A stretch of DNA of 24,000 bases from Acaryochloris thomasi RCC1774 (GCF_003231495.1 NZ_PQWO01000011.1:44074-68073), one strand, 5' to 3'; positions 1 through 8,087 are shown, counted from the stretch's first letter. The notes: generated by a model from the letters alone, not told the origin. Translations and numbers: made by a program.

Positions 1-188
1 TAGTGATTAAGCTTTTCAATATCCAAATGGCAGATTGGGATAGATTTTGCTTAGACTACCGCCACTTTAGCTATCCTCATGCCATTAATCCTGCGACCGT
101 TGGCCTAACAAGCTATTGCTCCACTCTTCGAGACTTACTCCGGCTCACCACTGCACTAAAGATATAGGTGAAGGCAACAGTGAAGAAA

Positions 189-506
189 TCAGGATAAATC
201 TACGTCGCGTAATTCTACATCTCTCGAGCGAACGGGATTGAACTCAATTTTTGCCAATTCTTCTGCAAGTTCTGGCGGCATCGCCAGTACCTCACTAAGA
301 CTTTTACCCGTCTCTGAAAGCCTGTGGTATTCATCTATCGTCAACAAAACATGGGTGGGAATGCCTTCGTCTGTTATGAATACCGGCCCATGCTTCGCAG
401 CTCGCTCGGCTTTGTCCACATCTTGATTAAATTCTCGACTCGAAAAGCTTTGCAAAGTACCAAGACTCCTGCAGCGTAGCAGTGTACTGACATCATAGAA
501 GCTCAT
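189..506 (-). CDS. Phd/YefM-type (VapB-like) type II antitoxin
   Basis: 105-aa ORF. The core [42 protein letters not shown] and the tail ...[13 protein letters not shown] match, from memory, the Phd/YefM antitoxins that normally precede a VapC PIN toxin. The real start may be the in-frame TTG at 455 (MQSFSSREF...), giving 88 aa. Confidence 0.7.
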   Translation of the reverse strand: MSFYDVSTLLRCRSLGTLQSFSSREFNQDVDKAERAAKHGPVFITDEGIPTHVLLTIDEYHRLSETGKSLSEVLAMPPELAEELAKIEFNPVRSRDVELRDVDLS

Positions 507-603
507 CCTTACAGAGCTGCTGAAAAATTTTACACAAACGTCCGGTCAGAACTACCTCTATAATAAAGAGCGATTAGCAAGTTCTATAACGTTCAACCTG
601 CCT

Positions 604-966
604 GTGTTTGCTCTTAGCGGCTACGAATATCTTCTCGGCTTTCTCCTTCTCTGCAGCCTTGTCCCGGCCTTGGCTCTCAGCGCCTCTAAGGTTCTGCGGC
701 CCAGTAATCGCGGACCAGAACGACGCACCACCTATGAATCAGGTATGGAGCCGGTCGGCGGTGCCTGGATTCAATTCAACATCCGCTATTATATGTTTGC
801 TCTAGTGTTTGTTGTCTTCGATGTAGAGACGGTCTTTCTCTATCCCTGGGCTGTCGCGTTCCACAAATTAGGCGTTCTAGGCTTTGTTGAGGCCCTGATC
901 TTCATCGCTATCCTGATTGTGGGCTTGGTCTACGCATGGCGAAAGGGTGCCTTAGAGTGGTCTTAG
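604..966 (+). CDS. ndhC: NAD(P)H-quinone oxidoreductase (NDH-1) subunit 3, NdhC
   Basis: 120 aa with a GTG start. It is near-colinear with the cyanobacterial NdhC I recall (MF.L.GYEY.LGFL...[44 protein letters not shown]...[10 protein letters not shown]). A TATAAT hexamer lies at 559..564 upstream. Confidence 0.95.
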   Translation: MFALSGYEYLLGFLLLCSLVPALALSASKVLRPSNRGPERRTTYESGMEPVGGAWIQFNIRYYMFALVFVVFDVETVFLYPWAVAFHKLGVLGFVEALIFIAILIVGLVYAWRKGALEWS

Positions 967-1026
967 GCCGCATCACATTGACCCAGACTTTTTGATTTCC
1001 TTATAAACGCACTCAAAGGAGCAGAC

Positions 1027-1596
1027 GTGTCAGACTCTTCACCAGAAAGCAAAGCATCCCCTGAGCAGTCTGAAGCAGAAGAAACCCAGACTGAAGAAAC
1101 CCAAGAAGCGCCGATTGTCGAAGCAGGGCCAATCTCAAAACGAATGGCTCAGATGGGGGTTGAGCAGGAAACATTAGGGGTTGATCACCTGGGCACCGAG
1201 ATCATTAAGGTTGATCGTGATGGCCTTCTATCCCTCTGTGCGGCCCTCAAAGAAGATGGCTTCAATTACCTTCAGTGTCAGGCAGGCTACGACGCCGGAC
1301 CCGGAGAAGATCTGGTCAGTATGTATCACCTGCTCAAGGTAGATAACGACGTTGTGCGTCCTGAAGAAGTGCGCGTCAAGGTCTTTTTGCCCCGCACCGA
1401 CCCCCGTATTCCTTCTGTTTATTGGATTTGGAAAACAGCCGACTGGCAGGAGCGCGAAACCTATGACATGTATGGCATCGTTTATGAAGGTCATCCCAAC
1501 ATGAAACGGTTGCTAATGCCTGAAGATTGGGTGGGTTGGCCAATGCGTAAGGACTATATCAGTCCTGACTTTTATGAGCTTCAAGATGCGTACTAA
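1027..1596 (+). CDS. ndhJ: NDH-1 subunit J, NdhJ
   Basis: 189 aa with a GTG start preceded by AAGGAG (1016..1021). The C-terminal two thirds match the NdhJ signature ([22 protein letters not shown]...[63 protein letters not shown]). Confidence 0.95.
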   Translation: MSDSSPESKASPEQSEAEETQTEETQEAPIVEAGPISKRMAQMGVEQETLGVDHLGTEIIKVDRDGLLSLCAALKEDGFNYLQCQAGYDAGPGEDLVSMYHLLKVDNDVVRPEEVRVKVFLPRTDPRIPSVYWIWKTADWQERETYDMYGIVYEGHPNMKRLLMPEDWVGWPMRKDYISPDFYELQDAY

Positions 1597-1782
1597 ACGT
1601 TAAGAAGCATTTTGAGTCGGTGACTTAATTGAGGCTTGACTCGATGTTCTTTGGTGGGGCTTCAGTTTATGAAGTCCTTTTTACTGGGTGCTCTGCCCTA
1701 TGACGTCACTAGAGAAAATGGTAGGGTGAAGCTACCGGCTGATTCCCATAGAGTTTTGAACAACGAGCGGAGGCAAATCCCC

Positions 1783-2148
1783 ATGAATACAGCATCTGAC
1801 GGCGCTCATCAGGCTAGCGAAAAGAGCCTTGATACGATGCGTAAGTTTGCCCAAACCTATGCCCAGCGCTCTGGTACTTACTTCTGCTCTGATGCAGGGA
1901 CAACGGCAGTTGTGATCGAGGGGCTGGCTAAGCATAAAGAAGATCTAGGTGCACCTCTCTGTCCATGCCGTTTCTATGAAGACAAAGAAGCTGAGGTCAA
2001 ATCGACCTACTGGAATTGCCCTTGTGTGCCGATGCGCGAACGGCATGAGTGTCACTGCATGTTGTTTTTGACGGAAGACAACCCTTTCGCCGGAGACAAG
2101 CAAGAAATTACGGTGGAAGAGATTCGCGCTGAAACCAATAAGTATTAA
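1783..2148 (+). CDS. ftrC: Ferredoxin-thioredoxin reductase catalytic subunit
   Basis: The track ORF 1636..2148 starts at a TTG. The conserved FtrC body (YFCSD...VVIEGLAKHKE.LG.PLCPCR.YEDKEAEVK...WNCPCVPMRER.ECHCMLFLT.DN.FAG) begins just after the ATG at 1783. That ATG follows GGAGG (1768..1772) and gives 121 aa, the normal FtrC size. Confidence 0.9.
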   Translation: MNTASDGAHQASEKSLDTMRKFAQTYAQRSGTYFCSDAGTTAVVIEGLAKHKEDLGAPLCPCRFYEDKEAEVKSTYWNCPCVPMRERHECHCMLFLTEDNPFAGDKQEITVEEIRAETNKY

Positions 2149-2183
2149 CGAACGGTTGGTTCGATACGGAATATCTTGAATTG

Positions 2184-2208
2184 AGGCTGGCGAATAGAAT
2201 TCGCGCCT
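2184..2208. repeat. Copy 1 of a short hairpin element (AGGCTgGCGAAT-AGA-ATTCGC) between convergent ftrC and rfbD
   Basis: A 6-bp stem GCGAAT/ATTCGC with an AGA loop lies at 2190..2204, with flanking AGGC/GCCT complementarity. 20 of 21 nt are identical to 6907..6927. Two further small palindromes follow (CCTGT-CAGA-ACAGG at 2206..2219 and CCTGCGCAGG at 2225..2234). Confidence 0.6.
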
Positions 2209-2310
2209 GTCAGAACAGGACTTGCCTGCGCAGGTTATATGCATCACGTCTTCCAGCAATCCGCGGGGTGAGTTCTGAGAATGTGGCTGCAGCCGCTAAT
2301 CCGCTAATCT

Positions 2311-3201
2311 TTAGGATTGAGCCTTGAGGTTCTTCAGCATTTTACGCAAGGCTGCTCGCCAGTGGGGCGGATGATCGTTCAGCAACGGTCGTATTTTGCT
2401 GTTGTTAAGCACAGAATAGCTAGGGCGTTGGGCTGTTGTGGGATATTCGGCTGTGGTAATCGGAATGACGTTGGGTTTTTGAGTGATCAGAGCCAGTTGA
2501 TGGGCTTCTTCAAAGATTGCGATCGCAAAGTCGTACCAGCTACACACCCCGCTGTTGGTAAAGTGATAGACACCGTAAAAATCATCGCTGGTGTTCTCAG
2601 AAGCCTGCACTAAATGGGCCACCGCCTCAGCAATATGCTGCGCCCACGTAGGCGTCCCCACCTGATCGGCCACTACACGCACCTCTGGACGTTCGTTGCT
2701 CAGACGCAGCATTGTTTTAACAAAATTGCCTTTGCCGTATACACCGTATACCCAGGCGGTGCGCAGAATGATGTTGCGATCGCACCCCTGCTGCACCTCT
2801 AATTCCCCAGCCAGCTTAGATTTTCCATAAATACCCAGCGGTCCAGGAAGATCCTGCTCTAGATAAGGAACGCTGTTATCACCCTTGAAAACGTAGTCTG
2901 TCGAAAGATGGATTAGCGTTGCCCCCAGCTCTTGAACTGCTTCAGCTATAACCTTTGGGGCTGTGCCATTGATGGCATAGGCCATCTCGACCTCAGCCTC
3001 AGCCTTATCCACTGCCGTGTAGGCTGCTGCATTGATCACAACTTCAGGACGCGTTGCGGCAATCACCTGACGGATCTTGTCCGACTCTAATAGGTCTAGA
3101 TCGGATCTGCCCACAGCAACCACTTCAGCCAGCGGTGAAAGAACCTGATGGAGGACTTGCCCTACCTGTCCCTGAGCGCCTATTAACAAGATCTTGCCCA
3201 T
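2311..3201 (-). CDS. rfbD: dTDP-4-dehydrorhamnose reductase
   Basis: 296 aa. It has an N-terminal Rossmann motif (ILLIGAQGQVG) and RmlD-type signatures (INAAAYTAVDKAE, STDYVF.G, Y..SKLAGE, RTAWVYG..G.NFV.TML). Confidence 0.9.
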   Translation of the reverse strand: MGKILLIGAQGQVGQVLHQVLSPLAEVVAVGRSDLDLLESDKIRQVIAATRPEVVINAAAYTAVDKAEAEVEMAYAINGTAPKVIAEAVQELGATLIHLSTDYVFKGDNSVPYLEQDLPGPLGIYGKSKLAGELEVQQGCDRNIILRTAWVYGVYGKGNFVKTMLRLSNERPEVRVVADQVGTPTWAQHIAEAVAHLVQASENTSDDFYGVYHFTNSGVCSWYDFAIAIFEEAHQLALITQKPNVIPITTAEYPTTAQRPSYSVLNNSKIRPLLNDHPPHWRAALRKMLKNLKAQS

Positions 3202-3520
3202 AGAATTCCTTTGTAGAGCGATGCCGGTTCTGACTCATGGGGAAATGCTTGCGATCGCACCTTAGCGATAGGGAAAGCATCATCAGTCATCCTGGCTGTC
3301 CCAAATATAAATTAAGTTCAGTCGTTTTTTGTCCATACCTAGCGCCATATCTTAAGAGCCACACAGGTGTCTCACTGAAAATTGCTGCTGTTCCGTTTTT
3401 GAAACCGAATCCTTAGCGGAAAAAGCATCGGCTAGAATTAGCCTGAGATATTGCAGCCTGACTCAAGATCTGGGGACGTCGCAGTCAGCGCCAAAGTAAT
3501 GATTTTTAGGGGTAAACGCA

Positions 3521-5599
3521 ATGAATAAAAAACAGTGGATGAGTCAAGGACCGCGCTGGAGTGCATTGGCAGCTATGTTACTGGCCTTGGGGACACAAAT
3601 CCCAGGGCCTGCGATTGCTAAACCTCAGCCTGATCACACTATCAAAGCCTGTACCGATGAAGAGGTGATGCTGCCTTCTCATCCTGACGTGAAGATTCTC
3701 CGGCAACTTTTCGAGCGCTATGCCAGCGGAGAAACGCTTCAAACAGAGCTAGGGATGACCCGACTGGACTTTGCTCAGAGCCTCAATCGCTTTGTGAGTC
3801 GAGTCGATGCAGGTCAAGCACCAAACAGCAAAATTCAGCTCCGCTCTGCAGATTTAGCCTTACTGGAAAAACTCAAGCGAAATTACGCCACTGAGCTGGC
3901 ATCACTGCGACAGCCCCGTCCTGTTGATAGGGAGAATGGTTTTTATCCTGCCCCCGGTCGCTTCGGAGGTTCGCCCTCTTCACTTCGAGGTACCGTTGGT
4001 CAATTAAATCAAGCAGCACCGGCTCCCTTTAGTCGCAGCCAGTCCCTAACCGAACAAAAGTCTAGAGCCATCGGTTCTCGCACCAGAGCTATCCAGAAAC
4101 CCAGCTTGTCTCCGCGTCCTTTACCCCCCATCAATGGGGACATCGATCGCATTCATCCACCGGGCACCTTCAGTACCGAAGAATACGATCGCATCAACGA
4201 AAACCCTTTTCAGCGACCCACTCAAGCCCCACTATCTACCTTCTCTATCGATGTAGACACCGCTTCCTACAGCAATGTCCGTCGCTTTGTGCGCCAGGGA
4301 CAGCTCCCCCCTAAAGATGCGGTGCGCCTAGAGGAGATGATTAACTACTTTTCCTATGACTATCCGCAGCCCACAGGCGACCAGCCCTTCTCCGTCACCA
4401 CAGAGGTCGCCACAACCCCCTGGAACGCTAAAAATAAGCTTGTCCAAGTGGGTCTCAAAGGGAAAGAGTTGACCACTCAACAACCCAGCAATCTCGTCTT
4501 TTTGATGGATGTTTCGGGTTCTATGCGGCAGGCTAATAAGCTACCGCTGGTCAAAAAGTCGCTATGCCAGCTTGTCCAGCAGCTCGACGTCCAGGATAAA
4601 GTGAGCATCGTCGTCTATGCCGGTAATGCGGGCGTGGTGCTGGAGCCTACACTCGGCAGTCAGAAAACAAAGATTATGGAGGCTATCAACCGCCTAGAGG
4701 CCGGTGGAACCACTGCAGGCGGTGAAGGCATCGTTAAAGCCTATGACTTGGCAAAGCGAAATTTGCTCAAGGACGGCAATAACCGGGTGATTCTAGCCAC
4801 CGATGGCGACTTCAATGTCGGCGTCTCCAGTGATGCAGAGCTAGAGCGCTTAATTGAGAAGAAGCGAGATGAAGGCATCTTTTTGACTGTATTGGGCTTC
4901 GGCACCGGCAACTACAAAGACGCCAAGATGGAGCTATTGGCCGATAAGGGTAATGGTAACTATGCCTACCTCGATAATATTCTCGAAGCCCAGAAGGTTC
5001 TCGTCCACGACCTGCGGAGTACCCTGTTCACCATCGCCAAAGATGTCAAGATCCAAGTCGAGTTCAATCCTGATAAAGTGCAGGCTTACCGCTTAATTGG
5101 ATATGAAAATCGGCTTCTAAGAGCGGAAGATTTTAATGACGATCGTAAAGATGCTGGAGAAATTGGATCAGGCCATACGGTGACGGCTCTCTATGAAGTG
5201 ATTCCTGCTGGCGTAGAGACAGATATTGAGCTACCGGATGTTGATCCGCTCAAATACCAAAAGCCCCAGGCCTCTGACTCAGGCAGCGACGAACTGATGC
5301 AGGTAAAGCTGCGCTACAAAGCCCCCACTGGACGGAAGAGTCAGTTGATTAGCCAACCCATCACAGAGGGGAGCGGTACCATTGGCTCAGCTTCTGACAA
5401 TCTCAAGTTTTCGTCAGCCGTTGCCATGTTCGGCATGATGCTGCGAGAGTCTGAGTTGAAGGGGGACACCAGCTACGCCAGCGTTTTAGAGTTGGCGAAA
5501 CAGTCCCAAGGTGAAGATCAACGCGGCTACCGTCAAGGCTTCATCGATCTAGTGGAAAGTAGTCAAAAGCTGAGCCAAACGAGAGCTGAACTCGATTAG
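3521..5599 (+). CDS. Secreted von Willebrand factor type A (YfbK-like) protein with an SLH-like/coiled-coil N-terminus
   Basis: 692 aa with a signal-peptide-like N-terminus (ALAAMLLALGTQIPGPAIA). It carries the YfbK-type pre-vWA motif (FSIDVDTASYSNVRRF...LPP.DAVR.EEMINYF.YDY), a MIDAS DxSxS motif (DVSGS, nt 4508..4522), and a C-terminal DUF3520-like block (VEFNP..V.AYRLIGYENR.L...DFNDD.KDAGEIG.GH.VTALYE). Confidence 0.85.
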   Translation: MNKKQWMSQGPRWSALAAMLLALGTQIPGPAIAKPQPDHTIKACTDEEVMLPSHPDVKILRQLFERYASGETLQTELGMTRLDFAQSLNRFVSRVDAGQAPNSKIQLRSADLALLEKLKRNYATELASLRQPRPVDRENGFYPAPGRFGGSPSSLRGTVGQLNQAAPAPFSRSQSLTEQKSRAIGSRTRAIQKPSLSPRPLPPINGDIDRIHPPGTFSTEEYDRINENPFQRPTQAPLSTFSIDVDTASYSNVRRFVRQGQLPPKDAVRLEEMINYFSYDYPQPTGDQPFSVTTEVATTPWNAKNKLVQVGLKGKELTTQQPSNLVFLMDVSGSMRQANKLPLVKKSLCQLVQQLDVQDKVSIVVYAGNAGVVLEPTLGSQKTKIMEAINRLEAGGTTAGGEGIVKAYDLAKRNLLKDGNNRVILATDGDFNVGVSSDAELERLIEKKRDEGIFLTVLGFGTGNYKDAKMELLADKGNGNYAYLDNILEAQKVLVHDLRSTLFTIAKDVKIQVEFNPDKVQAYRLIGYENRLLRAEDFNDDRKDAGEIGSGHTVTALYEVIPAGVETDIELPDVDPLKYQKPQASDSGSDELMQVKLRYKAPTGRKSQLISQPITEGSGTIGSASDNLKFSSAVAMFGMMLRESELKGDTSYASVLELAKQSQGEDQRGYRQGFIDLVESSQKLSQTRAELD

Positions 5600-5603
5600 C
5601 ACC

Positions 5604-6086
5604 TTGCTAGAATCTGGCGCGACCTTTGATGACTCGGGTGCCTATCGCTACCGCTTGTGGCGGCGGTGGGATGCCCGAGGTTCTTTGCTCACGTTCGTGA
5701 TGCTCAATCCCAGCCGAGCGGATGCCCAGACCAATGATCCGACAATTCGGCGCTGTATTCGGTTTGCTCAGTCCTGGGGCTATGGGGCGCTAGAAGTGGT
5801 CAATCTGTTTGCCTATTGCACCTCAAAGCCAGCAGAACTACGTCAAGCTAAAAAGCCGGTGGGGGAGAGTTGCGATCGCATCCTCATAGAGTCAGCGCGA
5901 TCGGCCCAGATGATCCTGCTGGCCTGGGGCAATCATGGGCAGTATCAAAATCGGGGGAAAGTTGCGAGCAAGCTGCTAGCTGAAGTAGGTCCACTCCACT
6001 GTCTAGGTCTGACCCAGAAAGGAGAGCCAAGACATCCGCTCTATCTCAAACGTGATATTCAACCAAAACCCTATTCTGTCCCGTAG
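5604..6086 (+). CDS. DUF1643 family protein
   Basis: 160 aa with a TTG start 4 nt after the vWA stop codon. The pattern YRY.L.R.W.....L.FVMLNPS.AD...NDPTIRRC..FA..WGYG.L.V.NLFA......P..L ... AWG ... CLG.T..G.P.HPLY is what I recall for DUF1643. Confidence 0.7.
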   Translation: MLESGATFDDSGAYRYRLWRRWDARGSLLTFVMLNPSRADAQTNDPTIRRCIRFAQSWGYGALEVVNLFAYCTSKPAELRQAKKPVGESCDRILIESARSAQMILLAWGNHGQYQNRGKVASKLLAEVGPLHCLGLTQKGEPRHPLYLKRDIQPKPYSVP

Positions 6087-6102
6087 TAGAGAAGATTGAA
6101 CC

Positions 6103-6176
6103 AGACAATTGGTGCATCTGTTAACGCAGTGTAAGAAAGAACCGTTGATACTCGCTTTAGACAATTGTACAATTGG
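6103..6176 (+). promoter_or_regulatory. Three ACAATTG repeats (palindromic core CAATTG) upstream of the PIN gene; candidate TA operator
   Basis: AGACAATTG occurs at 6103..6111 and 6159..6167, and a third ACAATTG lies at 6169..6175, directly abutting the second copy and the GGAG/ATG of the PIN ORF. The operator role is inference only. Confidence 0.3.
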
Positions 6177-6179
6177 AGA

Positions 6180-6568
6180 ATGAATATTGTTGCAGACACC
6201 AATATATTTTTGGCAGTGACGCTTGAGGAAGAAAGCAAAGACCGCATTATTGAAGTAACAGAAGGCTGTTCGCTTTATGCTCCAGAAATCTTGCCCTATG
6301 AAATAGGTAACGCACTATCGGCAATGGTAAAAAGGCATCAGATTGAGGGAATGATGTTACAGCGATTTATCACATCACTCAGAAAATTCCAGTCAGTCTT
6401 GCCAAAGTTGATATTCCTAAAGCTTTAGATATAGCTATTCAACAAAATATTTATGCTTACGATGCCTACTTTCTGCAGTGTGCATTGGCTTTATCAAGCC
6501 CTCTTATAACGCTCGATCAACGGCTAAAGGCGGTGGCACAGACTATGAATATAGAAATACTGGAGTAG
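6180..6568 (+). pseudogene. PIN-domain (VapC-like) toxin interrupted by a 1-nt frameshift
   Basis: The N-terminal part is in the frame of track ORF 6165..6428 (MNIVADTNIFLAV...YAPEILPYEIGNALSAMVKRHQIEG). The C-terminal part continues in the frame with codon starts = 2 mod 3, from about 6347 to the TAG at 6566..6568 (NDVTAIYHITQKIPVSLAKVDIPKALDIAIQQNIYAYDAYFLQCALALSSPLITLDQRLKAVAQTMNIEILE). The frame switch must lie within about 6341..6352 (GATTGAGGGAAT). All four PIN acidic positions (DTN, YEI, AYD, TLD) are still present. Confidence 0.7.
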
Positions 6569-6571
6569 AAG

Positions 6572-6787
6572 ATGAGAGTTTACACATATTCAGAAGCTCG
6601 TCAGCAGTTATCAGAACTGTTAAACCAGGCACAGTCAGAGGAAGTCTTGATAAAGAGACGAGATGGAACGACGTTCTCTGTAAGAGCTAGGAAGACGAAA
6701 GAATCTCCCTTTGATATCAAAGGCTTCAAGTCAGACGTATCGCAGAAAGATATCTTAAGCGCAGTTGAGGAATCTAGAGGTCGGTAG
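6572..6787 (+). CDS. Phd/YefM-like antitoxin
   Basis: 71 aa. The N-terminus MRVYTYSEARQQLSELLNQAQSEEVLIKRRDG matches the Y.YSEAR..L..LL....E.V.I.RR signature of Phd/YefM-family antitoxins common in cyanobacteria. Its ATG lies 3 nt after the PIN stop codon. Confidence 0.7.
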   Translation: MRVYTYSEARQQLSELLNQAQSEEVLIKRRDGTTFSVRARKTKESPFDIKGFKSDVSQKDILSAVEESRGR

Positions 6788-6905
6788 TTTGCTGAAAGCT
6801 TCCACAACGCCCGAACATGCGTTGATTTAAATTTGAAGTGCAGCAGAATCTGATGTACGAGGATACTGACAAAAGCGTTGCAAACTCTACAAATGTATTG
6901 TCGTT

Positions 6906-6930
6906 AAGGCTAGCGAATAGAATTCGCCTT
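6906..6930. repeat. Copy 2 of the short hairpin element (AGGCTaGCGAAT-AGA-ATTCGC), abutting the GST stop codon
   Basis: The GCGAAT-AGA-ATTCGC hairpin lies at 6913..6927. 6907..6927 matches 2184..2204 at 20 of 21 nt. It again lies where a plus-strand and a minus-strand gene converge. Confidence 0.6.
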
Positions 6931-7981
6931 AAACCGCAGAAGGTGTTTGACTAACGCTTTCACGACCATGAGGCACCCTCAAGTCTTCTAAGTCAGGGCC
7001 AGCCGGAATGATTGCGCCAGGATTAAGTGGGAACAACATTCCGTAATAATCGCGCTTCACTGCCTCAACATTACAGGTTTCAGCAACCCCCGGAAGCTGA
7101 TAAAGATCTCGCAAATACGCGCCTAAATACTGATAGTCCTTAATGCGGCGGCGATTGCATTTAAATAAGCCGTAGTAGACTGTATCAAATCGATACAGCG
7201 TCGTGAATAGTCTTACGTCCGCTAGGGTAACGTGATCACCACAGAGATAGCGATGGGTCGCCAGGGCAGCATCGATTTCATCCAGAGCTGTAAACAGTTG
7301 ACCGCAGGCTTCGTCATAGGCAATTTGAGTCTGAGCAAAGCCGCAGCGATAGACGCCGTTGTTGATGGCGGGATAGATCTTCTCGTTCCAGGTCTCAATG
7401 TCTGAACTCTGAGATTCAGGATACAGATCCAGTTCAGGGTGTTGGGCAAACTCGTTGAACTGAGAGTTGAGAATCACAATGATCTCAGCACTTTCATTAT
7501 TGACAATTGTCTTCGTCTTTTGATCCCAAAGGACCGGCACCGTTGCTCGTCCCTGATAACCCGATTTTGCGAGCGTGTATAGGTCTCTTAGCGTTTTGCA
7601 GCCTTGATGCTCTGACTCAAAGATCCAGCCGCCTGCTGTTGCTGAAGGCGCAACGACGGTGACGCCAATGGCCTCTTCTAATCCTTTGAGGGTGCGTACC
7701 ACTAACGTTCGGTGTGCCCAGGGACAGCCGAGACCCACGTAGAGATGATATCGCCCTGATTCTGGCGGGTAGGGATGATCTGATTCGGGACTAATGGTGT
7801 CTCGAAACTGGCTGGCGGGACGTAGGTAAGAGCCTTTGCGATCGCGTGGGGCCATCTGAGACATCATCACCTGCCACATCGTTGTCCAGACAAACTTACC
7901 GAGGGAGATGATCGCGGAGGGAGGGAGTGATTTACCGAGCTTCATGATCAACTTTGCCTGTAGTGCGGTACCCGATTTCAC
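6929..7981 (-). CDS. Xi-class glutathione S-transferase / glutathionyl-hydroquinone reductase (YqjG/ECM4-like)
   Basis: 350 aa. It carries the CPWAHR active-site motif (YHLYVGLGCPWAHRTLV), VPVLWD.KT.TIVNNESAEI, NNGVYR.GFA.TQ.AYDEA, and FD.VYY..FKCN..RI.DY. The 7981 start is a GTG; the ATG at 7945 (MKLGKS...) is an equally plausible start. Confidence 0.85.
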   Translation of the reverse strand: MKSGTALQAKLIMKLGKSLPPSAIISLGKFVWTTMWQVMMSQMAPRDRKGSYLRPASQFRDTISPESDHPYPPESGRYHLYVGLGCPWAHRTLVVRTLKGLEEAIGVTVVAPSATAGGWIFESEHQGCKTLRDLYTLAKSGYQGRATVPVLWDQKTKTIVNNESAEIIVILNSQFNEFAQHPELDLYPESQSSDIETWNEKIYPAINNGVYRCGFAQTQIAYDEACGQLFTALDEIDAALATHRYLCGDHVTLADVRLFTTLYRFDTVYYGLFKCNRRRIKDYQYLGAYLRDLYQLPGVAETCNVEAVKRDYYGMLFPLNPGAIIPAGPDLEDLRVPHGRESVSQTPSAV

Positions 7982-8087
7982 TTGTATCCTAAGGCATTCT
8001 TAGGGCTGACTGGTGAGAGTCCGGTTAAGCTGCTCTGGAGTCTGACACTAAATTTAGTCAATGCCTTAGAAAATCGGACTCAGCCCG

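Noticed and set aside
1636-1782. 49-aa N-terminal extension of FtrC from a TTG start
   Set aside because: The extension has no FtrC-like sequence. The ATG at 1783 has a GGAGG upstream and gives the canonical ~120-aa protein.
3411-3424. The 14-mer CCTTAGCGGAAAAA is shared between 3411..3424 and 20708..20721
   Set aside because: By my rough estimate, about one such 14-mer coincidence is expected by chance in a 24-kb window counting both strands. There is no shared flanking sequence or structure.
6478-6807. Track ORFs 6478..6690 (plus strand) and 6601..6807 (minus strand)
   Set aside because: They overlap the PIN C-terminal segment and the Phd-like antitoxin in other frames. Neither carries a recognisable motif.
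6788-6928. Possible PIN-toxin remnant downstream of the 71-aa antitoxin (one frame reads LLKASTTPEHALI*, vaguely like LLLDTHALIW)
   Set aside because: The resemblance covers only about 6 residues, and stops occur in all frames within 140 nt. It cannot be distinguished from chance without a sensitive alignment.
7988-8005. Inverted repeat CCTAAG-GCATT-CTTAGG just upstream of the GST GTG start
   Set aside because: It is a 6-bp stem with no second copy and no recognisable operator consensus. That is too little to call it a regulatory site.
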